A DNA stretch of 33,388 nucleotides from Neptunomonas sp. (lineage in GTDB: Bacteria; Pseudomonadota; Gammaproteobacteria; Pseudomonadales; Balneatricaceae), in the NCBI GenBank assembly GCA_004195305.1, contig SDWN01000923.1, forward strand, positions 1-33,388. The letters run 5' to 3'. Positions 9,911 to 20,468 of this stretch are shown here, piece by piece. Both the position numbers and the translations under genes were made by a program. Numbering within the stretch: position 1 is the first letter of the stretch; every line of letters begins with the position of its first letter. The notes below the pieces were generated by a model. It did not search any database. It was given only the letters and a program-made list of their open reading frames with translations, and had not been told where the DNA came from.

Positions 9911-10411
9911 ATGGCAAATCACGATCAGAAAGATGGCGACCTGCAAGAAAAGCTAGTACAGGTCAACCGCGTCGCCAAGGTGGTTAAAGGGGGTCGTGTA
10001 TTCGGCTTCACCGCCCTGACTGTTGTCGGCGACGGAAATGGTAAGGTCGGCTTCGGTCGTGGCAAGGCGCGTGAAGTGCCGGTTGCGATCCAGAAGGCGA
10101 TGGAGCAAGCGCGTCGTAACATGATTACGGTCGAGCTTAATGGTGGCACTCTGCAGTACGCGGTCAAGGCTCGCCATGGCGCGTCTAAGATCTACATGCA
10201 GCCTGCTTCTGAAGGTACGGGTGTTATCGCGGGTGGTGCAATGCGTGCGGTACTGGAATTGGCTGGCGTGCATAACGTACTGGCTAAGACCTACGGCTCA
10301 ACCAACCCCGTTAACGTTGTTCGCGCTACTGTGAATGGTCTGAAAGCGATGAGTTCGCCTGATGCGATTGCAGCTAAGCGTGGCAAAACTGTAGAAGAGA
10401 TTCTGGGGTAA
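9911..10411 (+). CDS. rpsE: 30S ribosomal protein S5
   Basis: [12 protein letters not shown]...[15 protein letters not shown]. Confidence 0.99.
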   Translation: MANHDQKDGDLQEKLVQVNRVAKVVKGGRVFGFTALTVVGDGNGKVGFGRGKAREVPVAIQKAMEQARRNMITVELNGGTLQYAVKARHGASKIYMQPASEGTGVIAGGAMRAVLELAGVHNVLAKTYGSTNPVNVVRATVNGLKAMSSPDAIAAKRGKTVEEILG

Positions 10412-10417
10412 TCTGCG

Positions 10418-10600
10418 ATGACTAAGACAATCAAAGTGACGCAGACTCGTAGCTCTATCGGTATCCTGCCTAAGCACAAATTGTGCCTTAAGGGTTTGGG
10501 TCTACGCCGTATCGGGCATGTAGTCGAAGTTGAAGACACACCTTCAGTTCGTGGAATGGTTAACAAAGTTAACTATCTCATTAGCGTCGAAGGCGAATAG
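10418..10600 (+). CDS. rpmD: 50S ribosomal protein L30
   Basis: [11 protein letters not shown]...LGLRRIGH...RGMV. Confidence 0.99.
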   Translation: MTKTIKVTQTRSSIGILPKHKLCLKGLGLRRIGHVVEVEDTPSVRGMVNKVNYLISVEGE

Positions 10601-10614
10601 TGGAGAGGCATGTC

Positions 10615-11049
10615 ATGCGTCTGAATACACTGAGCCCAGCTGCTGGTTCCAAGCATGCGCCTAAGCGCGTAGGCCGTGGTATCGGTAGTGGATTGGGTAA
10701 GACCGCGGGTCGCGGTCACAAGGGACAGAAGTCTCGCTCCGGTGGGTCTGTTAAGCCAGGTTTTGAAGGCGGCCAGATGCCATTGCAGCGTCGTCTGCCT
10801 AAGTTTGGCTTTACTTCTCGTAAAGCGCAGTACAATGCCGAAATTCGCTTGAGTGAATTGGCACTGGTTAGCGCTGATGTGATCGATCTGGTAGCCCTGG
10901 AAGCGGCTAACATCATTGGTCATAAAATCAAGGTAGCGAAAGTTATCCTGTCAGGCAAGATCACCAAGGCCGTTACGGTCAAGGGGCTGAAGGTCACCAA
11001 GGGTGCCCGTGCAGCGATCGAAGCCGCCGGCGGAAAGGTCGAGGAATAG
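10615..11049 (+). CDS. rplO: 50S ribosomal protein L15
   Basis: [13 protein letters not shown]...[18 protein letters not shown]; ATG 10615 after GGAGAGG. Confidence 0.99.
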   Translation: MRLNTLSPAAGSKHAPKRVGRGIGSGLGKTAGRGHKGQKSRSGGSVKPGFEGGQMPLQRRLPKFGFTSRKAQYNAEIRLSELALVSADVIDLVALEAANIIGHKIKVAKVILSGKITKAVTVKGLKVTKGARAAIEAAGGKVEE

Positions 11050-12378
11050 ATGGCTAAGCAAGGTAGTAAGTCCCCCTCCGGAGTTCAAAGCGGCCTGGGC
11101 GAGCTTAAAGCGCGTTTGTGGTTTGTCTTTCTAGCCATTGTGGTTTACCGCATTGGGGCACATATTCCCGTTCCGGGAATCAACCCTGATCGCCTTGCTG
11201 CCATGTTCGAACAAAACCAAGGTACTATTCTGAGCTTGTTTAACATGTTCTCGGGTGGTGCTTTGGAGCGTATGAGTATCTTGGCGTTGGGCATCATGCC
11301 TTACATATCCGCCTCGATCATCATGCAACTGCTGACCGTTGTCAGCCCTCAGCTAGCACAGCTCAAGAAAGAGGGTGAAGCAGGTCGACGAAAGATAAGC
11401 CAATACACCCGCTACGGTACTGTCATTTTGGCAACCGTTCAGTCGTTAGGTATGGCGGTAGGTCTCGCGGGGCAGGGCATTGCCTTTAGCGCAGACCTAA
11501 GCTTCTACTTCGTCGCTGTTGTAACTCTTGTTTCTGGTGCAGTGTTTCTGATGTGGCTCGGTGAGCAAATTACCGAGAGAGGTATAGGTAACGGTATTTC
11601 ACTGTTGATCTTTGCTGGAATCGTCGCAGGTCTGCCCGGTGCAATCGGCCAGTCTTTCGAAGCGTCCCGTCAAGGTGATCTGAATATCCTGGCACTGTTA
11701 ACTATCGCTATTATGGCGGTTGCGACAGTGGCGTTTGTAGTGTTTATGGAGCGCGGCCAACGTCGCATCACCATCAACTACGCCAAGCGTCAGCAGGGTC
11801 GGAAAGTGTTTGCCGCCCAAACCAGCCATCTGCCGCTGAAAGTGAATATGGCCGGGGTTATCCCGCCGATCTTTGCTTCCAGTATTCTATTGTTTCCGGC
11901 TTCAGTCGGGCAGTGGTTCGGGCAGAGTGAAGGTATGGATTGGTTGCAGGATCTTGCACTGGCGCTTTCTCCGGGTCAGCCGCTATATATCCTGTTATTT
12001 GCCGCAGCTGTGATTTTCTTCTGTTATTTCTACACCGCGATTGTTTTCAATCCCAAGGATGTAGCGGATAACCTGAAGAAGTCAGGCGCCTTTATTCCCG
12101 GTATTCGTCCCGGTGATCAATCGGCTCGTTACATCGATCAGGTGCTGTCGCGTCTGACACTCTTTGGTGCTTTATATATCACCGGTGTGTCGTTGATGCC
12201 TCAGTTTTTGGTTGTTGCGTGGAACGTGCCGTTTTACTTCGGTGGAACATCGTTACTGATCGTTGTGGTTGTAGTCATGGATTTCATGGCCCAGGTACAG
12301 TCGCATCTGATGTCTCATCAGTATGAATCACTGATGAAAAAATCCAATCTTAAAGGTGGCAGTGGTCTCGTTCGTTAA
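11050..12378 (+). CDS. secY: Preprotein translocase subunit SecY
   Basis: [32 protein letters not shown] and GGTSLLIVV motifs. Confidence 0.99.
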   Translation: MAKQGSKSPSGVQSGLGELKARLWFVFLAIVVYRIGAHIPVPGINPDRLAAMFEQNQGTILSLFNMFSGGALERMSILALGIMPYISASIIMQLLTVVSPQLAQLKKEGEAGRRKISQYTRYGTVILATVQSLGMAVGLAGQGIAFSADLSFYFVAVVTLVSGAVFLMWLGEQITERGIGNGISLLIFAGIVAGLPGAIGQSFEASRQGDLNILALLTIAIMAVATVAFVVFMERGQRRITINYAKRQQGRKVFAAQTSHLPLKVNMAGVIPPIFASSILLFPASVGQWFGQSEGMDWLQDLALALSPGQPLYILLFAAAVIFFCYFYTAIVFNPKDVADNLKKSGAFIPGIRPGDQSARYIDQVLSRLTLFGALYITGVSLMPQFLVVAWNVPFYFGGTSLLIVVVVVMDFMAQVQSHLMSHQYESLMKKSNLKGGSGLVR

Positions 12379-12407
12379 CGAGTCCTTGGGCCTATTTGGA
12401 GTAGATC

Positions 12408-12524
12408 ATGAAAGTACGTGCATCTGTAAAAAAGATTTGCCGTAACTGCAAGATTGTACGTCGTAACGGAGCCGTTCGCGTCATCTGCAAAACTGAACCG
12501 CGCCATAAGCAGCGTCAGGGTTAA
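12408..12524 (+). CDS. rpmJ: 50S ribosomal protein L36 (zinc-ribbon type); absent from the ORF track
   Basis: Hand translation: [38 protein letters not shown] (38 aa) with CxxC...C...H ligands; SD GGAG upstream. Confidence 0.99.
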   Translation: MKVRASVKKICRNCKIVRRNGAVRVICKTEPRHKQRQG

Positions 12525-12564
12525 TAACCCCGAGGTGCTTTCGTACGAAGGCCTGAGACAGTGG

Positions 12565-12593
12565 TTGATAAATAATCGATCAATCATTATAAT
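12565..12593 (+). promoter_or_regulatory. Alpha operon sigma70 promoter
   Basis: TTGATA-17 nt-TATAAT (near consensus), then CTTGCGCC discriminator, upstream of rpsM. Confidence 0.85.
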
Positions 12594-12670
12594 CTTGCGC
12601 CTCTCGTTGAATGGTTAACGTAGCGTGCTGTGAACCAACAAAATTCACAGCCGAACACGGAGTAAATTGA

Positions 12671-13027
12671 ATGGCCCGTATAGCTGGCGTCAATATTCCA
12701 GACAATAAGCATGCGGTGATCTCCCTGACTTATATCTTTGGGATCGGCCGTACTACTGCAAAGTCGCTGTGCGACACAGTGGGCTTGGCGACCGATGTAA
12801 AAATCGGAGACCTGTCTGAAGAACAACTGGATGGCCTACGCGCCGAAATCACCAAGCTCAGTGTTGAGGGTGATCTCCGCCGTGAGGTGAACATGAATAT
12901 CAAGCGTCTTATGGACCTTGGCTGTTACCGTGGTATTCGCCACCGTCGCAGTCTTCCGGTTCGTGGTCAGCGCACTAAGACCAATGCGCGTACCCGTAAG
13001 GGACCACGTAAGCCGATCCGTAAGTAG
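12671..13027 (+). CDS. rpsM: 30S ribosomal protein S13
   Basis: [10 protein letters not shown]...[17 protein letters not shown]. Confidence 0.99.
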   Translation: MARIAGVNIPDNKHAVISLTYIFGIGRTTAKSLCDTVGLATDVKIGDLSEEQLDGLRAEITKLSVEGDLRREVNMNIKRLMDLGCYRGIRHRRSLPVRGQRTKTNARTRKGPRKPIRK

Positions 13028-13051
13028 TGCTGGCGATAGGAATAAACCGAC

Positions 13052-13444
13052 ATGGCTAAGCCAAGTTCGCGCGCACCGCGCAAGAAAATCAAAAAGCAGG
13101 TTGTTGATGGGTTAGCTCACATCCACGCCTCTTTTAACAACACCATTGTGACCATTACCGATCGTCAAGGTAATACTCTGAGCTGGGCTACCTCTGGTGG
13201 TTCTGGGTTCCGTGGTTCGCGTAAGTCCACTCCGTTCGCTGCCCAGGTTGCAGCTGAGCGTGCTGGTCAAGCGGCTCAGGAGTATGGTCTGAAGAATCTC
13301 GACGTGTTCGTGAAGGGCCCAGGCCCAGGTCGTGAATCCGCAGTTCGTGCATTGAACAATGTGGGTTACAAAATCACCAACATCACCGACGTGACGCCTA
13401 TCCCGCATAATGGATGTCGTCCGCCGAAGAAGCGTCGCGTTTAA
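13052..13444 (+). CDS. rpsK: 30S ribosomal protein S11
   Basis: HASFNNTIV...[18 protein letters not shown]. Confidence 0.99.
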   Translation: MAKPSSRAPRKKIKKQVVDGLAHIHASFNNTIVTITDRQGNTLSWATSGGSGFRGSRKSTPFAAQVAAERAGQAAQEYGLKNLDVFVKGPGPGRESAVRALNNVGYKITNITDVTPIPHNGCRPPKKRRV

Positions 13445-13459
13445 TCAGGAGACGGTAAA

Positions 13460-14080
13460 ATGGCTCGATATACTGGACCAACATGTAAGCTGTCTCGCCG
13501 CGAAGGTACGGACCTGTTCCTTAAGAGCGGCGTTCGTGCACTAGATTCAAAGTGCAAGGCAGAAACTCCTCCGGGAGTCCACGGAGCGCGTCGTAGTCGT
13601 CTTTCTGACTACGGTCTGCAGTTACGTGAAAAGCAAAAAGTTCGTCGTATCTACGGCATTCTGGAGCGTCAGTTCCGCAGCTACTACAAAGAAGCTGCTC
13701 GCCTAAAGGGCGCAACCGGTGAGAACTTGTTGCAGCTGCTTGAAGGCAGATTGGATAACGTGGTTTATCGCATGGGATTTGGTGCAACTCGTGCTGAATC
13801 TCGTCAGATCGTTTCTCACAAGTCGATTCTGGTTAATGGCAAGACGGTCAATGTACCTTCTTACCAGGTAGTTGCCGGCGACATCGTCTCTGTGCGTGAA
13901 AAGGCTAAGACTCAGCTGCGGATTAAAAACGCACTGGAGCTTGCTTCTCAGCGTACTGTGATCGAGTGGGTTGATGTTGATAACGCTAAAATGGAAGGCA
14001 CCTTTAAGGCAGCCCCTGAGCGTAGCGAGCTATCCGCCGATATCAACGAACATCTGATCGTTGAACTGTACTCTAAGTAA
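13460..14080 (+). CDS. rpsD: 30S ribosomal protein S4
   Basis: [13 protein letters not shown]...[13 protein letters not shown]...IVELYSK. Confidence 0.99.
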   Translation: MARYTGPTCKLSRREGTDLFLKSGVRALDSKCKAETPPGVHGARRSRLSDYGLQLREKQKVRRIYGILERQFRSYYKEAARLKGATGENLLQLLEGRLDNVVYRMGFGATRAESRQIVSHKSILVNGKTVNVPSYQVVAGDIVSVREKAKTQLRIKNALELASQRTVIEWVDVDNAKMEGTFKAAPERSELSADINEHLIVELYSK

Positions 14081-14099
14081 TCAATGCTAGGTGGAAATA

Positions 14100-15101
14100 A
14101 TGCAGGCTTCTGTAAACGAACTTCTTAGCCCTAGCCGGATCGAAGTTGAGGAGATCTCGAGCACCCGTGCTCGTGTTTCCCTCGAGCCGCTAGAGCGTGG
14201 TTTCGGCCACACGCTGGGTAATGCGCTGCGACGGATACTTCTGTCCTCCATGCCTGGTTGCGCAATCTCCGATGTCGAGATTGATGGCGTACAGCACGAG
14301 TACAGCTCCATTGAGGGTGTGCAGGAGGATGTCATTGAGATCCTGCTGAACCTCAAGGGCGTTTCTGTAGCCATGCATAATGGTGAAGAAGCGCTGCTGA
14401 CACTGACAAAGCAGGGCCCCTGTGTTGTCACCGCGGCTGATATAGGTCTGAATCAGGATATTGAGCTGGCTAACCCCGATCACGTGATTGCTCATCTGAG
14501 TGATAAAGCTAAGCTGTCTATGCAGCTGCGCGTTACCCGTGGTCGTGGCTATGTGCCTGCTGACGCTCGTGATAGCTCCGATGAAGAGAGTCGCCCAATT
14601 GGTCGTCTGCTTCTGGATGCTAGTTACAGCCCGGTACGTCGCGTATCTTACGTGGTCGAGAGTGCTCGGGTTGAGCAGCGTACCGACCTTGATAAGCTGG
14701 TGATCGACCTTGAAACTACCGGTGCCATCGATCCGGAAGAAGCGATCCGTCGCTCTGCAACTATTTTGCAGCAGCAACTGGTTGCCTTCGTTGATCTGGA
14801 AGGTGAGACCGGTGTTGATGAGGCTGAGCCCGAGCCGGAAATCGATCCGATTCTGCTGCGCCCGGTTGATGATCTAGAGCTGACCGTTCGTTCTGCGAAC
14901 TGTCTGAAAGCCGAGAACCTCTACTACATTGGTGATTTGATCCAGCGTACAGAAGTAGAGTTGCTTAAGACCCCGAACCTGGGTAAGAAGTCCCTGACTG
15001 AAATCAAGGATGTTCTTGCTTCGAAAGGTCTTTCTCTCGGTATGCGTCTGGAAAATTGGCCGCCTGCGAGCCTGAGAAACGACGACAAGATGGCCTCCTA
15101 A
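14100..15101 (+). CDS. rpoA: RNA polymerase alpha subunit
   Basis: [23 protein letters not shown]; alpha-[15 protein letters not shown]...TPNLGKKSL. Confidence 0.99.
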   Translation: MQASVNELLSPSRIEVEEISSTRARVSLEPLERGFGHTLGNALRRILLSSMPGCAISDVEIDGVQHEYSSIEGVQEDVIEILLNLKGVSVAMHNGEEALLTLTKQGPCVVTAADIGLNQDIELANPDHVIAHLSDKAKLSMQLRVTRGRGYVPADARDSSDEESRPIGRLLLDASYSPVRRVSYVVESARVEQRTDLDKLVIDLETTGAIDPEEAIRRSATILQQQLVAFVDLEGETGVDEAEPEPEIDPILLRPVDDLELTVRSANCLKAENLYYIGDLIQRTEVELLKTPNLGKKSLTEIKDVLASKGLSLGMRLENWPPASLRNDDKMAS

Positions 15102-15145
15102 GGCTGTCTTGACTGAACCACGTCTAGTTTTGTAAGGAATTAAAC

Positions 15146-15541
15146 ATGCGCCATCGTAAAAGTGGGCGTCAACTAAATCGCAATAGCTCGCATCGTAAAG
15201 CGATGTTCAAAAACATGGCTATAAGCCTGTTTGAGCACGAGCTGATTAAGACGACACTGCCCAAAGCTAAAGAGCTACGTCGTGTTGCTGAGCCTTTGAT
15301 CACACTGGCTAAGCAAGACTCAGTAGCAAATCGCCGTTTGGCATTTTCCCGTACTCGCTGTGATGCGACTGTCGGCAAACTGTTCACCGAACTAGGGCCG
15401 CGTTATGCCAACCGTCCTGGTGGTTACATTCGTATTCTCAAGTGCGGTTTCCGCTCGGGTGACAATGCGCCTATGGCCTACGTTGAATTGGTAGACCGTG
15501 CAGTTACGGGCGATGCAGTCGAAGATACGTCTGAAGACTAA
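15146..15541 (+). CDS. rplQ: 50S ribosomal protein L17
   Basis: [20 protein letters not shown]...[10 protein letters not shown]. Confidence 0.99.
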   Translation: MRHRKSGRQLNRNSSHRKAMFKNMAISLFEHELIKTTLPKAKELRRVAEPLITLAKQDSVANRRLAFSRTRCDATVGKLFTELGPRYANRPGGYIRILKCGFRSGDNAPMAYVELVDRAVTGDAVEDTSED

Positions 15542-15557
15542 ACGTCGCTGTTAAGAT

Positions 15558-15588
15558 AAAAAGCCCGGCTTATGCTGGGCTTTTTTTT
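15558..15588 (+). terminator. Rho-independent terminator of the alpha operon, possibly bidirectional
   Basis: A5-GCCCGGC-TTAT-GCTGGGC-T8. Confidence 0.93.
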
Positions 15589-15620
15589 GCGTGTTGAAAA
15601 CAGTTGTCGTGGTTGATGGG

Positions 15621-15698
15621 TGTAGGTAAGTCTCGACCTGATGTTGATGTTGATGTTTGTGTTGTCACGGACACCTTAAGGGTTTCTTCTTACCTACA
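15621..15698. repeat. 10-bp perfect inverted repeat (TGTAGGTAAG/CTTACCTACA) around a TGATGT x3 core; possible degenerate GTAG-family REP doublet
   Basis: Arms at 15621-15630 and 15689-15698 are seen directly. The REP assignment is inferred from the GTAG tag. Confidence 0.45.
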
Positions 15699-15846
15699 AA
15701 GCTACGCCATGAAGCAGCGGATCTATTTTCGTGAGCCGCACTAATCAAGCCATAGCGCTTAAGTCTTTCTGTTTACTCGCCCCTCCTTCAAGAAAAATCA
15801 GCCATGATGCCGCCGATCTATTCTCGCGTCCGTAAGTCCATCGCTG
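15675..15846. repeat. Imperfect tandem duplication, two copies of about 83-90 bp
   Basis: CTTAAGnnTTTCTnnTTAC at 15675 and 15758 (15/19 identical); GCCATGAnGCnGCnGATCTATTnTCGnG at 15706 and 15801 (23/28 identical). Confidence 0.65.
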
Positions 15847-15920
15847 TGATGGCTGGAAATCATGGGTAATCAGGAAACTTGTTACCTGAACAATTGAGGG
15901 TTGTATTTGTAAGCCGTCCT

Positions 15921-18749
15921 CTATTTTTGCAGCAGTGGTTTAAGGAAATGTCCGGTATGGGATTGGTGCATCTCTGCGATCTGCTCCGGGGTTCCGGTTG
16001 CGATAATCTGGCCGCCCTTAATGCCACCTTCTGGGCCGAGATCTACTATCCAGTCAGCCGTTTTGATCACATCCAGGTTGTGCTCGATGACCACTACGGT
16101 GTTGCCATGATCACGGAGTCTGTGGAGCACATTAAGGAGCTGCTGGATATCGTAGAAATGGAGCCCGGTAGTGGGTTCGTCCAGAATATAAAGGGTGTTG
16201 CCGGTGTCGCGTTTAGAAAGCTCCTTGGAAAGCTTGACCCGTTGTGCTTCACCGCCGGATAGGGTTGTGGCGCTCTGGCCCAGGCGGATATACGAAAGGC
16301 CGACATCCATCAGGGTCTGTAAGCGTCGTGCCAGCATCGGTACGGCGTCGAAGAATAGTCGGGCATCTTCGACGGTCAGATCCAGCACTTCGTGGATGCT
16401 TTTGCCTTTATATTTGATCTCTAGGGTTTCACGGTTGTAGCGTTTGCCTTTGCAGACGTCACAAGGCACATAGATATCGGGTAGAAAGTGCATCTCGACT
16501 TTAATCACGCCATCGCCCTGGCAGGCTTCGCAGCGACCGCCTTTGACGTTGAAGCTAAAACGGCCAGGTTTGTAGCCGCGGGAGCGTGCTTCCTGGGTCG
16601 CAGAGAATAGCTCTCTGACGGGTGTAAAGATGCCCGTATAAGTAGCCGGATTGGAGCGCGGTGTGCGTCCGATCGGGCTTTGATCGATATCGACGACTTT
16701 GTCGAGCAGCTCTAATCCCTGAATATCGGTATAGGGCTGAGCTTCGAGGGTGGTGGCATTGTTTAGCGCCGTGGCCGCCAGGGGATAGAGAGTGTTGTTG
16801 ATCAGGGTGGATTTTCCTGAACCGGAAACACCGGTAATGCAGGTCATCAGGCCCAGGGGGATGCACAGATCGACCTGTAGCAGGTTGTTACCGCTGGCGC
16901 CGTTGAGGCGGAGTAGCTGGGTGTCGTTTACCGGGTGGCGCTGGGCAGGTACCTCAATTTTACGTGTACCAACGAGGTATTGGCCGGTGATAGAGTCGGG
17001 GTTGGCCATGACTTGTGCAGGGGTTCCCTGGGCGATGATCTGGCCACCGTGAATCCCGGCGCCCGGGCCAATATCGATCACGTGGTCAGCCTGCCGGATC
17101 GCATCCTCATCATGTTCCACCACGATCACCGTATTGCCAATATCGCGCAGGTGGGTGAGGGTAGCTAGCAGTCGTTCATTGTCGCGCTGGTGCAGGCCTA
17201 TCGAGGGTTCGTCGAGGATATACATCACCCCGACCAAGCCTGCGCCGATCTGGCTGGCAAGGCGGATCCGCTGAGCCTCGCCGCCAGAAAGCGTGTCGGC
17301 GTTGCGATCCAGGGATAGATAATCAAGCCCAACATTAACCAGGAAAGTTAGTCGGGCGCGGATCTCTTTGACGATCTTATCGGCTATTTCGCCCTGCTTG
17401 CCAGGAAGTTGCAGCTGTTCGAAATACTGCATGGCGCTGCCCACGGGCAGGGCGGTTATGGCGGCAATATTGTGTTGATCGATAATGACATGGCGGGCAT
17501 CGCGGCGCAGTCTGGAGCCGCGGCATGAGGGGCATTTTTGCTGCGCCTGATAGCGGGCTAGGTCTTCGCGGACAGTTTGGGATTCGGTGTCACGGTAGCG
17601 TCGCTGCATATTGGGCATGACGCCCTCAAAGGGGTGCGATTTAAGGGTGAGGTCACCGCGGTCGCTGAGGTAGTGAAACTCAATCTTGTCGCTCCCTGTG
17701 CCATGGAGCACGGCGTCGCGCTGCGTGTCCGTGAGCTGGCTAAAAGGGGTGTCGGTGTCGAATCCATAATGCTCGCCTACCGCTTTAAGTAGCTGGTAGT
17801 AGTAGGCGCTACGTCGGTCCCAGCCGCGAATGGCTCCTTGCGCAAGCGTCAGGCTGGGGTCGCTGACGACTTTGTTAGGATCGAAGATTAGTTTGACCCC
17901 CAGGCCGTCGCACTCCGCGCAGGCACCGTGAGGGCTGTTGAATGAAAACAGTCGCGGTTCGAGCTCTTGGATGCTATGTCCGCATTGTGGACAGGCGAAG
18001 CGGGCTGAAAAGATCAGATCTATCTGGGTGCTATCATCCATTGAGGCCAGCAGGGCCAGGCCATCACTGAGTTCGATACAGGTTTCGAGTGACTCGGCGA
18101 GACGGATCTGGATATCATCGCGTACCTTAAAGCGGTCGATGACGACCTCGATGGAGTGCTTCTTGTTCTTATCCAGCTCGGGTGCAGAGTCCAGGTCGAT
18201 AACGATACCGTTGATTCTAGCGCGAACAAACCCCTGTGTTTTAAGGCCTTCCAGGAGATGTAAGTGCTCACCTTTACGACCTTGGACCAAAGGTGCGAGG
18301 AGCATGACTTTGCTCCCCTGTTCGAGTGCTAAGATCTGGTCGACCATTTGGCTGACGGTTTGCGCCTTGAGCGGCAGATCGTGATCGGGGCATCGTGGCT
18401 CGCCAGCGCGAGCAAACAGCAGGCGCAGGTAATCGTATATTTCGGTAATCGTGCCCACGGTTGAGCGTGGATTGTGCGAGGTCGATTTCTGCTCGATCGA
18501 AATCGCAGGCGATAGCCCCTCGATATGATCAACGTCGGGTTTTTCCATGATCGACAAGAATTGGCGAGCGTACGTCGATAGTGACTCGACATAGCGACGC
18601 TGGCCCTCTGCATAGAGGGTGTCGAACGCCAGTGACGATTTACCCGACCCCGACAAACCGGTGATCACGATCAGCCTGTCACGGGGAATGTCTATGTCGA
18701 TGTTCTTGAGATTATGGGTTCGGGCACCCCGAACGCTGATCGTGTCCAT
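15921..18749 (-). CDS. uvrA: Excinuclease ABC subunit A
   Basis: [16 protein letters not shown]; two Walker A motifs ([16 protein letters not shown]); two LSGGEAQR signatures; zinc fingers. Confidence 0.99.
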   Translation of the reverse strand: MDTISVRGARTHNLKNIDIDIPRDRLIVITGLSGSGKSSLAFDTLYAEGQRRYVESLSTYARQFLSIMEKPDVDHIEGLSPAISIEQKSTSHNPRSTVGTITEIYDYLRLLFARAGEPRCPDHDLPLKAQTVSQMVDQILALEQGSKVMLLAPLVQGRKGEHLHLLEGLKTQGFVRARINGIVIDLDSAPELDKNKKHSIEVVIDRFKVRDDIQIRLAESLETCIELSDGLALLASMDDSTQIDLIFSARFACPQCGHSIQELEPRLFSFNSPHGACAECDGLGVKLIFDPNKVVSDPSLTLAQGAIRGWDRRSAYYYQLLKAVGEHYGFDTDTPFSQLTDTQRDAVLHGTGSDKIEFHYLSDRGDLTLKSHPFEGVMPNMQRRYRDTESQTVREDLARYQAQQKCPSCRGSRLRRDARHVIIDQHNIAAITALPVGSAMQYFEQLQLPGKQGEIADKIVKEIRARLTFLVNVGLDYLSLDRNADTLSGGEAQRIRLASQIGAGLVGVMYILDEPSIGLHQRDNERLLATLTHLRDIGNTVIVVEHDEDAIRQADHVIDIGPGAGIHGGQIIAQGTPAQVMANPDSITGQYLVGTRKIEVPAQRHPVNDTQLLRLNGASGNNLLQVDLCIPLGLMTCITGVSGSGKSTLINNTLYPLAATALNNATTLEAQPYTDIQGLELLDKVVDIDQSPIGRTPRSNPATYTGIFTPVRELFSATQEARSRGYKPGRFSFNVKGGRCEACQGDGVIKVEMHFLPDIYVPCDVCKGKRYNRETLEIKYKGKSIHEVLDLTVEDARLFFDAVPMLARRLQTLMDVGLSYIRLGQSATTLSGGEAQRVKLSKELSKRDTGNTLYILDEPTTGLHFYDIQQLLNVLHRLRDHGNTVVVIEHNLDVIKTADWIVDLGPEGGIKGGQIIATGTPEQIAEMHQSHTGHFLKPLLQK

Positions 18750-18865
18750 ACAGGCCTCTGGCACAACGTGACTGATTAGATAAAGCAGCCATAGTATATA
18801 AGATCATGACCTCAAGAAGTGGTTGATAAAACATTAACCGGGCAGAGTCTATCTGCGAAGAGTTA

Positions 18866-18874
18866 TGGTATTCT
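18866..18874 (+). promoter_or_regulatory. Candidate extended -10 promoter for ssb
   Basis: TG-G-TATTCT, followed by a hairpin at 18885-18914 in the predicted 5' UTR. Confidence 0.4.
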
Positions 18875-18945
18875 AAATTGCTAATAGGTTTGTTGTCGGC
18901 GCGGCACAAACTTAGATTGGATCATCATGAAAGAGTAGAGAATCG

Positions 18946-19575
18946 ATGGCACGTGGAGTGAACAAAGTAATCTTGATCGGTAATCTCGGGCAGGATCCTG
19001 AGGTCCGTTACATGCCTAACGGTAATGCGGTCACTAACATAACGATCGCAACCTCAGAGAGCTGGAAAGATCGTGAAAGCGGTCAGCAGCAAGAGCGCAC
19101 CGAATGGCACCGGGTGGTGTTTTTCGGCAAGCTGGCTGAAATCGCCGGTCAATATCTACGCAAAGGCTCCAAGGTCTACGTTGAAGGCGGATTGCGTACT
19201 CGCAAGTGGCAGGGTCAGGACGGCCAGGATCGTTACACCACCGAGATTGTCGTGGATATAAATGGTTCGATGCAGATGCTTGACTCGCGTCCAGGAGATC
19301 AAGGCGGCTACCAGCAACAAGGTCAGCAACAGCAGCCCCGCCCTCAGCAGTCTCAGCAACAGCCTCAACAGCCTCAACAGCCTCAACAGCCTCAACAGCA
19401 ACAGCAGCAGCAACAAGCGCCTGCGCAGAATTATTCGCAGCAGTCTGGTCAACAGGGCGGTTACGGTGCCCGGCAGCAATCAGCGCCACCGCAGAACCGG
19501 CCACAGAATCAGCCTCAGAGCCCGCCACAACCCCCAGCGGGTATGGATGATTTTGACGACGACATTCCTTTTTAG
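18946..19575 (+). CDS. ssb: Single-stranded DNA-binding protein
   Basis: [17 protein letters not shown] fold; Q/P-rich linker; acidic tip DFDDDIPF. Confidence 0.99.
   Translation: MARGVNKVILIGNLGQDPEVRYMPNGNAVTNITIATSESWKDRESGQQQERTEWHRVVFFGKLAEIAGQYLRKGSKVYVEGGLRTRKWQGQDGQDRYTTEIVVDINGSMQMLDSRPGDQGGYQQQGQQQQPRPQQSQQQPQQPQQPQQPQQQQQQQQAPAQNYSQQSGQQGGYGARQQSAPPQNRPQNQPQSPPQPPAGMDDFDDDIPF
19357..19398 (+). repeat. In-frame 9-bp tandem repeat CCTCAACAG x4 (PQQ) in the SSB linker
   Basis: Four perfect copies at 19363-19398 plus a partial copy at 19357-19362. Confidence 0.95.
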
Positions 19576-19592
19576 GTTTAGGGGCTGTTTCT

Positions 19593-20468
19593 TTGTTTGA
19601 GCTACCCGCATTATTGGTCGTCGGTGCTCAAGGCCAGCTCGGTTATGAGGTGGAGGTCTTGGCTCGGGAGCAGGGGTTTAGCGTGACCGCGCTGGATCAT
19701 GCGCAGCTCGATATTCTTGATAGTGCTGCGGTAGTGGCTGCTTTAGCTGAGTACAAACCTAAGTTTGTAATTAATGCAGCAGCCGTTCTCAATGCCCTGG
19801 AGCCGCAGCTGGCGTCTTATGCGGCTAATACCCGTGGCGCGGCTATACTGGCTGAAAATTGTCGCGCTGCTGGCTGTGCGATGATACACCTGTCTTGTGC
19901 CGAGGTGTTTGCGGGGGATCTGAATGAGCCGTACGTAGAGGATCAGGATCCCGCACCGCTTACCCTGTATGGGCAGAGCAAGGCGCGGGGTGAGGAGCTG
20001 GTTCGAGCTGCGTTGCCGCATCATATTATCCTGCGTACCGGATGGCTGTTTGGGGTCCGAAGTGGCAGCTTTGTTCGCGAGTTGCTGGAGCAGGCTCGGA
20101 AACAGGAACAGGTCTACATTGCCGATGGATTGGTCGGTGATCCGACCCCCGCAGCAGATGTGGCCAGGGTTGTCCTGGCGATGATCAAGCAGCTGGACAG
20201 TGGAGCTGAGGGCTGGGGTACGTATCATTATTCCGCCTCTGAAAGCGTCAGCTGGTTTGGTTTTGCCGAGGCTATTATTGCTACAGCCAGGCAGTATGCC
20301 GATATTTCGTTGGAGCGATTGCTAACACGGCCTCAGGCGCAGTTGCCGATGCGCCAGCGCCCCGTCAATAGCCGCCTGGATTGCGATAAAATTTTGTGCA
20401 CGTTCGGTATCCATCAGCGCGCGTGGCGTTCGGGGCTGATGCAGGTCGTTCGCAATTATTACAGCTAG
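19593..20468 (+). CDS. RmlD-like sugar nucleotide-binding extended SDR protein, divergent
   Basis: GAQGQLG nucleotide-binding motif, YGQSK (YxxxK), ILRTGWLFG, GTYHYS, RPVNSRLD; TTG start. Confidence 0.85.
   Translation: MFELPALLVVGAQGQLGYEVEVLAREQGFSVTALDHAQLDILDSAAVVAALAEYKPKFVINAAAVLNALEPQLASYAANTRGAAILAENCRAAGCAMIHLSCAEVFAGDLNEPYVEDQDPAPLTLYGQSKARGEELVRAALPHHIILRTGWLFGVRSGSFVRELLEQARKQEQVYIADGLVGDPTPAADVARVVLAMIKQLDSGAEGWGTYHYSASESVSWFGFAEAIIATARQYADISLERLLTRPQAQLPMRQRPVNSRLDCDKILCTFGIHQRAWRSGLMQVVRNYYS

Noticed and set aside
15716-15730. Match to a RAYT-associated GGGGACAGATCTATTTTC-type repeat recalled from other genomes
   Set aside because: Only GATCTATTTTC matches and the GGGGACA part is absent, so the evidence is insufficient.
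19034-19600. Repetitive ORFs (VEA repeats, poly-Leu, SLN repeats) overlapping ssb
   Set aside because: Alternative-frame readings of the SSB linker repeat.
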